From NCBI GenBank assembly GCA_021613535.1, contig CP075496.1:6386001-6450000 (forward strand): a DNA stretch of 64,000 nucleotides, in the 5' to 3' direction. Below the pieces are notes generated by a model, which was given only the letters and a program-made list of their open reading frames with translations, made no database searches and had not been told where the DNA came from. The DNA is from Adineta vaga. Its lineage: Eukaryota > Animalia > Rotifera. The position numbers and the translations under genes are program-made. Positions 40,335 through 51,386 of this stretch are shown one piece after another. Positions within the stretch are counted from its first letter, which is position 1. Each line of letters opens with the position of its first letter.

Positions 40335-42993
40335 ATGCATTTCATACACTTATTTAGAATAGTTTCTTTTCAATTACTGATTCATAAATTTACTGATGGA
40401 TATGGATATCAAGTATCTTCAAATCAAACATCATCATGGAGTAAATGAAGATGATATTTTCAAGAAAAACTTCTCATCGTTGTTGTTGCTTTTCTTTAGG
40501 TTGTTATTTAACAAGTGAACGTCGATTAGAATGCCGAAATTTATTCAATTTCTATTTTACGTCTTATTCTCTCTGTGGAAATGATGATCGTTTATTAGTT
40601 CGTCAAAAAATTGATGAAATACATATCTATCATGATTACAATTGTCTTGATCATAATCAAAATTGTTATTTTGAATTTGATTCTACATGGTCATTATGTT
40701 TGAATCTATTACGAAAATTAACTATAGAAAATATAAGTTTTATCGTTCGTCTCTATGATTCAAGAAAATTATTACCAATTGATTATCTGAAAATTGTTAA
40801 TACGCATGGAAGTATCACTGAACTTCTACATCTATTTCAATTTTCCAATCATTCAAGTATTTATATACAAAATGTTCTTCCACGGTGGTCAGGAATGGAT
40901 CTTTATTCAATCTTTTCTCAATATCAATCGGTTCGATTTAAACAATTATGGATTAATGTCGTTGATTGGTATCCAATAATTTATATGCGAGAAGATCAAC
41001 AAATAGCGATTCGACAATGGTTACTTCAAATTCCATGTATGTATATATCACACCCTTATACTTTCTGAATTTAAAAAAAAGGTAATATTTTAGGGTTTTT
41101 TTTCTTCTATACCGAGCAGAGAGAAATGTCTAAAAATAATGTTTTTGAATAGAAAAATTATTTTTTGTACTTGACAACAAAGACATATACAGTAAATATT
41201 TACCTAGACTCGCCCTTCAGTTTGTAAATAGGGCGAAAAATTTCATGTCTTTATCGATATTAATATTTATGTCATGTCTGTTTTTTTTCATATTAAGAAC
41301 AAGAAAAACAACAATTCAAGTTGTTGTGCATCTTAATTGCACGAAGATATGAAAAATTTTGTTTTTCTTCTACTTTTCAATAACTCAATTTATCAAAAGA
41401 ATTGATCTTATAGTTTGCATGAAGAGATGTACTTGAAAAACGACAATAATTTCGATAAAAGCCCTTCATTATTCGTCCTATTGAACTACTTATTCTATCA
41501 GAGAACATGAAATCACCTCATTCAAAAGAAAAAAAGAAAAGAACAAAAGAATCACACAATTTATCTAATTACGAAACGTCTAGTCGAACTAGAAAAAGCA
41601 ATGACATCATCTTTGTTTGTTTAGGTCTTCATATTGAATTAGGTGATTGCAGATTATATCATTATGATTTATTATTTTTACGTGATTTATACAGACATAG
41701 ACAAGATGTTCCTGAAGCATTATTTTGCTATACAAATTATGGTACGCAACGTTTTCATTGGTCACAAATACCAGCCTTATATTATGATTATCAAATCCCA
41801 CAACGATCTTCATCAAATATTTTACGTACAACAGAATTACATGAACAATGTTTTGATCAATTTACCAAAGGTATTGTTTTTCTTTCAAATCAATCAATAA
41901 TTTCGACAAAAAGAATTGTATTCTAGCACGATATACAATTAATTCATATACAGATCTTCTTGAGTTTTATTCTTATTTTCGTTCATCTGAATCTTATTCT
42001 CTACCAATATGGACAGTATATCCATATGCAACAATAGCAAATTTACCTGTAATTGCAACGACAACGACAACAACGGCTGCAATACCGTCAACTACATCCA
42101 TAGATGAACGAATACCTGAATTATCTCAAATAGATTATATAAATATATATGAACATGCATCTCTATTCAATGAAACACGTTGGTTATCATCAGTTGAAGC
42201 CTATCCAGATGGACGTTTTATAATTATTGATAATGGTAATCAACAAATCTTATTACTTAATGTTAATGGCTCTTATCGAATTGATTTAACTTCAATAATT
42301 TATCATCAAATCGAATTTTTAAATGAGGGTGTAGATTCTATTCCAACTGTTCATAATACTTATTCCATAGCCCATCTTCACATTGATCAAGATAGTTATG
42401 TTTATTTAGTTCCAACGCTTGCTTATTATATTTATATATTTTCTCATGAAAATCGTCTAATACGTTGTCTTACACCAAAAACATTAGGTATATCTATTAT
42501 ACGTAGTGATTGTGTAGCAGTAACTCATACCGGTTTGATTTATGCATGTGATGATGCATATCGAGTTGTAAGAATTTATTCACGAATGGGTATTCCTCAT
42601 AAGACTATGCGTTTAGATTATTTACCATTGAAATTATTCATTAGTAATAATAGAATATTTACTTATTCACTTGAATATCCAGGTACAATTCATATGTATA
42701 CATTAGCTGGTGCGGTAATTCGAAAAATAACAATTTGTGCTTATGATTCGCCATCGGAAGTGGTTTGGTTTCGAGGAAAACATTTTTTAACATGTGGAAC
42801 ATTTCTTTATGTTTTCGATGAAGAAGGAAATCAAATAGCTGAATATAATCTACGTATATTACTCGATTTTTCTGATAAATCAGTTATAATTCATGATTTT
42901 GCTCTCAATGAAAATGGTCTTCTACTTGTGACATTTCGTCGAAATGGTATATTCTTCAATCGCTATTGGATTATTCGACCAGTAACTTTTTAA
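40335..42993 (+). CDS. Putative secreted protein: LRR-like N-terminal region, Thr-rich linker and C-terminal NHL-like beta-propeller; about 5 exons
   Basis: ATG 40335 gives a possible signal peptide (MHFIHLFRIVSFQLLIHKFTDG) and splices into the 40445 ORF frame. Further exons lie at ~41625-41870 and 41927-42993. The last exon has TTTTTTAAIPSTTS followed by NHL-like repeats (VEAYPDGRFIIIDNGNQQILLLN; VAVTHTGLIYACDDAYRVVRIYSRMG; FALNENGLLLVT). Confidence 0.6.
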
Positions 42994-43577
42994 AATTATA
43001 TAATTTGAAGCTAAAAGAAAGTTATTTTGTCTTATTCCGGTATAAATAAAATTAGATAATAGAACAAGTAGTAGCATATAGTTGTATATATGTCATGTAT
43101 GTGAAAAGCTTCTTTTTTTTCTAATCTTTATTACAGACGACGGTTTAGGAAAAAAGATGAAAGAAAAATAAAAGAGAAATCATGGTACCGTGTGTGTATA
43201 TGTTCGTAACTGACAGAAAACTTACTAGATATTCCTGAGAATAGATCATCTGACATAGGAAGATAAACTCAGAAGAGAAATATCACGCTATTGTACACAA
43301 ACAGAAAATAAAAGAAATCGTTGATGGTCATACACCGGTGAGAAAGATACTATCATCATAAGCTGAAAGAAAAAAGATATCTAAGCAACGCATATATATA
43401 TATATATTACTGAAAGAGCGCAAGATCGACTGAGAGTTTCATGTTATCTAGGAGATACATTCGGAAATAGAAGTAATCTGAGCAAAAAAATATACTAGAA
43501 GAAAAAGAATTGAATACGATGAGTGATGTGCGATGAATTAAGATTGGAAAAAGAAACTATATGTATGTATAGAGAGA

Positions 43578-44746
43578 TCAATATTCGCTTGTCATAGACA
43601 TATCATTGACTGTTGTTTGATATTGTGCTGAAATGGTTGTTGGTGGTCCCATAGAATACATATATGAAGTTGGAAGATATGCATGCTAAAGAGGAAAGAT
43701 AACATGATTTTTATTGAGCAAATTTTCAGAGATATAAGCTAAAAACATACGCCATTGATCAATTGACCACCTCCTTGATGAGCACCATTTTGAGTATAGA
43801 ATGTTGGATAGAAAGAGGGTGGTAATTGCTAAATAGATACATATTTATATATAGATAGACAGATAGATATTCATGTCGATGTGAATATCTTCTATAGAAA
43901 GAAAATCTTACCGAATGATGAGGTGATGATGGTCCTTGCGGTATTATATAGGTACCAGCCATTGGAACGAATGGCATCTAGAAAAGAATTGATTGAATTG
44001 AAAATTTCTCTGATTTCAACGATTTACATTTGCTTGTACTGGAAAAAATATAGGTGGATAGACAGGATGAGGAGCCGACATCGACTGTTGTTGTTGGTGA
44101 TGGTGATGGTGATATGGTGTTGATGGCTGTTGAGATATTCCATTTACTGCTGTTCGCGAAGGTGTTGGTGGTGGTGTCATTGTTGAGCCACTTGTTGGAC
44201 AATAAGATGTTGGACCTAGATAGAGAATAACATTACATAAAAGAAATAAAGACAATGAAATCGCATACTTGTCACTGATGACATATTAGTTTTTTTATAG
44301 GCAGGTGCTAAAATAATCGACTGATTTTGAAATGTTAATGGCATTATCGCATGTTGACGTAGGACATCAAGCGCAGTATTTTCATTAACAAATGAGATAA
44401 ATGCAAAATGTCTAAGAAAAACGACGTATATTTATTGTAAAAGAACATCTAGAAATTAACAATAACTTACGTGTTTTCTTTAGCAATAATTTTCACATCA
44501 TGAACAGCACCAAATGATTGAAAACAATTTTCAATATCAGCACTTGTTGTCTAAATTATACAAGTGTAAAGATAAATGTTTCTTTTTCGAATTTCTTTGT
44601 TATACTTCACGAGGAAAATTTTTCATGAATAAACGATTCGCAATTAATTGGTTTTGTCGTGGGATTTTTGAATCGTTTAATTTATTGATAAAATTCATAT
44701 GTTCTTGACTCGGCATTTTATTGCCGATCGATTGATTCATATCCAT
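43578..44746 (-). CDS. BOLL: Boule/DAZ-family RRM RNA-binding protein, multi-exon
   Basis: Spliced translation IANRLFMKNFPRE|TTSADIENCFQSFGAVHDVKIIAKENT|HFAFISFVNE...IILAPAYKK parallels the Boule RRM (PNRIFVGG...VKEVKI...GFVTFE...LNIGPAIRK). It is followed by a Pro/Tyr/His/Gln-rich tail. Divergent. Confidence 0.65.
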
Positions 44747-45647
44747 TTGACACAACAGCAACAAGGAGAAGAAGATAGATGAGGTAAAAAACGAAGAATT
44801 CGAATGTTAAAGTAGATTGAATGAAAGATGGATTATCTCTTCTTCTTCTTCTTCTTCTCTTTTCGTCCGTCTTGAATTTCAAACAAACAATGTTTGGTCA
44901 AAGTTTAGAAAAAATTTTATTCAATCAAAAGATCTTCGATTGATTTACTGCATTAATGTTTTGAAATGATTTGATTGGTTATCCATAGATTAACAACGAA
45001 GGTCTAATAGGGCAGGATATTTTTCGTTCGTTGATCTGTTTTGTGAATTTTCTTCGTCTTATTCTCATTTCACATATCATTCCACTTTCTAATTTTCTTC
45101 TTTTTTTTTCATTCGAAATTCAAAATAAATAAACATATCTCAAATTGAGTTGTTTATGAATATAAAATAATGTTACTATTCAAGTGAAAATTCATATATA
45201 GAAGAGAATTTCGATCATATTTATTCATTATTCGATTGATTACGAGCAGTTCGCAGCGGTATTAAGTGATAACAAGATTAATAATCGATTAAATGTGAGT
45301 TATATTGATTTCATAGGAGAAATTATTTGATCCATTATTCGATAATAAACAGTGTATTACTTTTTTATTCGCATGATTATGCAAGATTGTTGTTTTGTTT
45401 GATTTTTTGCAAGCATGTGCAACAATTTGTCATATTTTGCATATAAAAATGACGTTTTTATTTCCAATGATGACTCATTCATTGATATCGTCGAAGAAAT
45501 TTCTCCTTTAACGTTTGAGATGATTTTGTTGGATAATTCCGATACGCTAATGAATCATAAGCTTTCCTCAGTGAAATATATTCACATCATTATTGCTTTT
45601 AAAAAAGCAGATTATTGATTGTATTTTGTTTCTTTCAGCTTTCAAGA

Positions 45648-48330
45648 ATGAATACTATAGATCATACATATCTTGCTCAATTACGTCCCGAGAAATTTGA
45701 TGATGCAGCCGTTAATGAACAAATATTGTTGGTAATTTTTTTTGTAAAAATATTGTTGAAGAAAAGCAATTCTTTGTTTTCTGTTCATTATAGATACAAA
45801 AAACATGTGATGATGTCGATCCAGATATCATAGCAATTGTTTTTTATGAATGTAATCATAATATGCAACAAACGATAGCACGACTGCAAGCACGAGATTA
45901 TGAGGTATGATGAAGAAAAAGAATCTTTGTTGTTTTCAAGAAATAGTTTTGTATATTTCGATTTTCTTATAGGATGGTGGTTGGCAAAAGGCTAGATCAA
46001 ATAATAAAAAGAAAAATCATATCACTAACAGTTATCATACAAATGATCAGATAATAAATGGTAATCCACTAGACAATAATGAACGATCTCTATCTCAACG
46101 AACATCTCCAACTTCATCCCTTCGTGACGGACATCATCGTAATGATCGTTATCAATATCCCATATCAACACGTTCCAATGCTGGACGACGTGGTAAATCT
46201 CTTTCTTTTTCATTTCACACAAAATGTTTCTTTTAAATTTCTTAGGAAATGATTTCAATCGTAATCATTTCAATTCATCAAATTCAACTTATCCATCTCG
46301 TAAAAATCCAATTCATAAATCAATTCCATCTACGAAAACAAACATACCATCCACATCGAAATCGAGTGAAACAGCATCTCTTTCGAATCCATCAACGGAT
46401 GAAATAACACAAAAGTCAAGTGTGGATAAATCTGAATTGCAAGATGAAACATCACAATCAGTGAATATTGGTAGTATGGAAAAGAAAGTACTAACACGAC
46501 GAATATCACAAAAACCTGTTTCCATGCATCGAACAATAAATTGTCCAACGAAATCAATCGATATTCAATTTGGAGATATTCAATGGAATGATTCGGTACC
46601 AACAACAGTTACTCCAACTGATGACATACCGATCTCCATTGCATTGAATAATTATGCACAAGAAAGATCAACAATAGGAAATACAGAAGATTATGAATCT
46701 GACAATCAAAAGTAAACTAGAAAACAGAAAAAAAATGAAGTTTTTACTATTTATCTCAATATTTTTAGCATTCGTGATGGTTTATCATCGAATTATATTG
46801 ATCAATCAACAATGAATGAAGCTGATATTCAATTTCTTGAAAATACCAATCAACTTTCATCATCATCATCATTGGCAATTACAGACAATACATTAGTAAA
46901 TAAATCTATTCGATTTTGTTTTCTTCAACATATAAGTTCTAATCTTTAGCCAAACAATTTATCCATTGTTTCTACTGATGGTACATCTCATCTATCTGAC
47001 CATTTAACTGATCCATCATCTTCTATTCCGGCTCAAACATCATTTCTACCTCAAGTAGCAATACCAATTCCCATAACACGTTTACCACCGACATCAACAC
47101 CCACACCTCTGACTATGCCAAATAATCTTCAACAAAATCCAACAGGTGCTCCTTCATCAGCATTTACTCCATTCAATAATCTAGGCAATTATCCGTATGT
47201 CCATATGTTTATCTTTTCATTCTATAAAATAAGTTATTCTTTCTTTGGTCATTAAAATAGATCTGTACCAAGAGATTATCCTTCGACAACAAATTGGAAT
47301 CCTCAATCTGCAACATATAAACCAAATACTAAAACACCAGTATTTTCAACAGGAGCTTATCCACAACAATCAACATTTCAATTTCCACCACAGCAACAAC
47401 AACAAATCTATCTTGGACATTATCCATATCCTACATTATCACCATCGGTAAATTCATATATAAATATTTAGCATTCAAATATTTCTATTTATTATCTTAG
47501 CTCTTCCGAGTATTTACACCTGTTGATCCATGGTCAACAGCTGGCTATTCTGCACCAATTGATACATATTCATATGCACCGACCAGTATAACTGATGATT
47601 AAGTTTGATTTCTTTATTTAAATATTTTCTTTTTAGATTATCCACCAACATATTCTAATCAACAAACATATCATCAACCATTAAATAAATATGGTCAGTA
47701 GCTAAATATCTATATATATATATTCATCTTATCGGAATTATCATTCTTTTGAATTCGATGATTTTCAGACCAACATTCCTATGACAAAGATTTTTTTAAC
47801 AATTACGGACAATCACGTTCGTTAAGTAATGATGCTCTCTATCAACAACAGCAACCACCATTATCAACAACTGCACAATCGACAAAAGATGCACCCATAT
47901 CAAGTAAACTATCGCCAACAGCGGCAGCATTTTCTCAGGGAGCTCCATTAACAGCTTCACCTTCAGCACCATCTCTCCATTTAAATCCGGTGAATTTTTC
48001 AATGCCAAACTATCTTTCATCAGTTGGTGAAACAACACATCAAGATCGACTCATAGGTCATTCGTCTGTAGATAATCGTGTAAGTATTTCTATCTAATTA
48101 ACAACTAGTTTAACTAAACACTATCTTTCATTGATCTACTTGAAATAAATCTTAGAACTTCTCATTTTTCTTTCTTCATTTTGCTATAGGATATTCGTGT
48201 TAATAACCTTACATATGGTACTACGAACAATCGAAATCATTATTACCAATATGGACAACAACAACAGCAACAACAACAGCGTGTACATCATAGCAATGCA
48301 TCCAATTCCACTTGGCATTCGCAACAGTAG
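45648..48330 (+). CDS. UBAP2L: UBAP2/UBAP2L (lingerer)-like stress-granule protein, multi-exon
   Basis: N-terminal UBA-like region YLAQL...IIAIVFYECNHNMQQTIARL...WQKARSNNKKK. DUF3697-like FG motif IDIQFGDIQW. Long S/T/P/Q/Y low-complexity C-terminus ending in W. Confidence 0.7.
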
Positions 48331-48757
48331 TATTAAATTACAATCATCACAACTGTTGTACTTGATCATTTGATTTTGTTCCTTTTTTTTACTTTTACCT
48401 TTTTTTCTTCTTTTCTTGCTTCTCTAAAAGAAACCAGTGCATAATATCGATTCATTGTCATAAACAATTACATCGATACACACTATTTTCTTTTCTTTTT
48501 TTTATATAAGCATAAATATAGAAACACCCAGCATTTTTCTTCAGAACAAAACATGCCAATTTTCTCTCTTCTTTGTTGGTTTTTGACATTTGTCTGTCTT
48601 TTTTTTGTGATAACGAACACACTTTCCTTTTAATTCTCGTCGAAAACAAAACAATCATACACATATCTATCCATACTATTTGTTGAATTCTGCATGCATA
48701 GAAAGATGCTAATTGTGAATAAGAGAAACAGAAAACAAACTCATTTTATTTATTTAG

Positions 48758-50401
48758 ATGTTTAATAGTAGTCTTAATTGGGATCGAATACCAACAAAGA
48801 TTAAACGTGCTATTGAAGCAAGTCTTGAACATTTAAATGAACATAAATTTGTATTGAATGAAACAAATATTGAAGTTATTGATGATTATTGTTGGGATTT
48901 AAGTAAGAATGATTTGAAAATATTTTATAAATAAATTTTCATTCTTTTTTCTAAAGTCGTATGCCATTTAAAACAACTTCTCTATATGAATTTGGCACAT
49001 AATAAACTTAAAAGTATGTTTAATCATTTTTCTTCAAAAAACGAAAAACAAATCATTCTGTTCTCTGGTAGATTTGCCTTCTCATGTTTCTAATTTAGTA
49101 TATCTACGGACGTTAAATTTAACGAATAATCATCTCGAAGTAATAGAAATAGTTTTCAAATAGTTTACCTTATGTATATTCTATTAGGAATTACCATCAT
49201 CAATAGTTTTACTTTCCAATTTACGAATTCTTAAACTTGGTTATAATCAATTATCGTCATTACCTCGCTCATTTAGTTCACTTAAATCTCTTGAAATTCT
49301 TGATTTAACAGGCAATGATTTGAATGAAGAAAGTTTAACCAATGATTTTTTTCAACTTTGTAAATATTTTCATACGAAATTTTCCTTTTTTCTTTCTCTT
49401 CTTCTGACATTCATCTATCTATTCAAGGTAATTTACGTGCACTTTATCTTGGTGATAATTTATTTGAAACATTTCCAAATGATCATATTGATAAACTAGG
49501 AAACTTACAGATTGTAAGTAGAAATTAAAATTCATCGTTTGAGAAAGATTTAGAATTTTCCACAGCTGTTGAGGAGTTTTGTAACCATGTAAGAATCCTT
49601 GGCCAGTAAACTTGTGAGAATATATAGATATTAAATATAGCAACGAATGTAAATACTAGAACAAGACGACCAAAAGCGGATTTGAGAAAGAAATGTTTGG
49701 TAAAATACATAACATTTGTCATTGTCGGATTGTTTAGTACATACATTAATTCATGACGATGACGATGTTGTTTATTGGAACGACGTTTACGTTTAGCTGT
49801 TGTCTAAATAGTTAATGATTGAGTCATGAGTTTTTCAAAAAAGATTTTCTATACGTACAATATTTGAGGATGTATAAGGCGGCATTTTAATAGATTCGTC
49901 TACGTGTCCTTTATTTTGTAATTTTGACTTTGCATCTATGCATGCTTACAGTGTCGAATCATTCATGTGTAACATTATGTGTTTTTTTTTCGTTTCAGCT
50001 TGTTCTACGTCACAATCGCCTACGTCATATACCCAAAGAACTAACACATCTACCGCAGTTAAAGGAGCTCCATATTCAACAAAATCAAATAAATGTGTTA
50101 CCTCCAGAGTTTGGTGAGTTGATAAAATGTTTGTAATTTTACATTTAAGCTATGTTTCATTTGAATAGGACAACTTGATTTGGGTAATGTGAAGCATATT
50201 TATCGATTTGAACCCAATCCATTTATACCTGAAATTGCTTTACAAATGAGTAATTTAACACGATTAGCTAATTTTTTGAAAAGTGATGCTTATAAAGAAA
50301 TTCATCAAAATTATTTTCTAAATTTTAATGAAGACGAAATGAAAGAGTTGACGAGAAAGACTACTAAGAGAAATAAACATGTTTTGAATAAGATTAAATA
50401 A
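48758..50401 (+). CDS. RSU1: Ras suppressor protein 1 (LRR), multi-exon
   Basis: LPRSFSSLKSLEILDLTGNDLNEESL, NLRALYLGDN, LKELHIQQNQINVLPPEFG|QLDL and NPFIPEIA...FLKSDAYK match RSU1. One long intron (49514-49998) contains a nested gene. Confidence 0.88.
49525..49885 (-). CDS. Nested antisense 101-aa single-pass membrane microprotein; exons 49885-49859 and 49803-49525
   Basis: MPPYTSSNI|TTAKRKRRSNKQHRHRHELMYV...AFGRLVLVFTFVAIFNIYIFSQVYW...SFSNDEF*. A canonical 55-bp GT-AG intron (49804-49858) joins the exons in frame. Confidence 0.65.
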
Positions 50402-51386
50402 GAATTCTGTTTTCATTTATCATAGCTTAATATCATTTTTTATTCAGATACTATTTGTGTGTGAATGATTTGTTTTCTTTTTTTTTGTAAATATTTTCAT
50501 TTCCTTTTATTATTGTACATCTTATGTTAGATGCATGAATAATCAATACGAAAAGATATAGTTGATGTTTAAATGAATAAAATGAACCTGATCAAACTCT
50601 CTATCGAAGGTATAAACTTTATTTTAATGGTTTAGTAAAAGAAATAGATGTATATCTATCTCCACAATTTGCTTATAACGTTTGATTCCTTACTGATTAG
50701 TCTAATGACTTGTTTTTCAATATCAATTATTACTGTTTGAGTAAAGAATGGTATAAATAATTATTTATTTTTTTTTATGTGATTGAATTGAATATTCAGA
50801 ATACTAAATTCATACATTCATGTAACAACTTCAACATGCATATTTAGCTGCTATTTATAAAAGTTTATTTAAAGATAGTATTAGTATGAATAATGAATAT
50901 AATAAAAGACAATGAGTAAAAACCAAGTTGTTAACAGTGTCAGTACACGAATGGATTGACGTGATACAGGTAATTTAATTTAATTTTACTATATTGTGGA
51001 TAATAATTAGAAAAAAATGTCTCCGAATATGATATATGACTTTGTAGATATAATTATTGTTCATTATGTAAGAAATGCTCTTGTCATATATGTATATAAA
51101 CAGATATGAGTGAAAGCGGCCTCTCTCGCATCTCTAAAGACATATCAAGTCATCTCGAATAGCAACCTAACCTATCATGGTGATTCTTTTCCGTATATAT
51201 CATCCTTGGTGTCTCTTTTTTTGTAAGAAAAACATTCGAGATCAAGTGTGCTTGAAGCATAAGTAATTCATCATATTATTTTGCACTTGGATTTCTTCTT
51301 TGATTTTGTTTCTTTTTCGTATATATTTTTATTTTTCTAGCTTAAATATCTAATTGACAGTTCATAATCAGCCATGACTGCTTCGA

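Noticed and set aside
41210-41236. TCGCCCT...AGGGCGA hairpin in an intron
   Set aside because: Isolated 7-bp stem with no terminal repeats, target-site duplication or second copy seen.
51149-51166. RFX X-box upstream of the ciliary kinesin
   Set aside because: Only a half-site (ATAGCAAC) is present, and the other half does not fit the consensus spacing.
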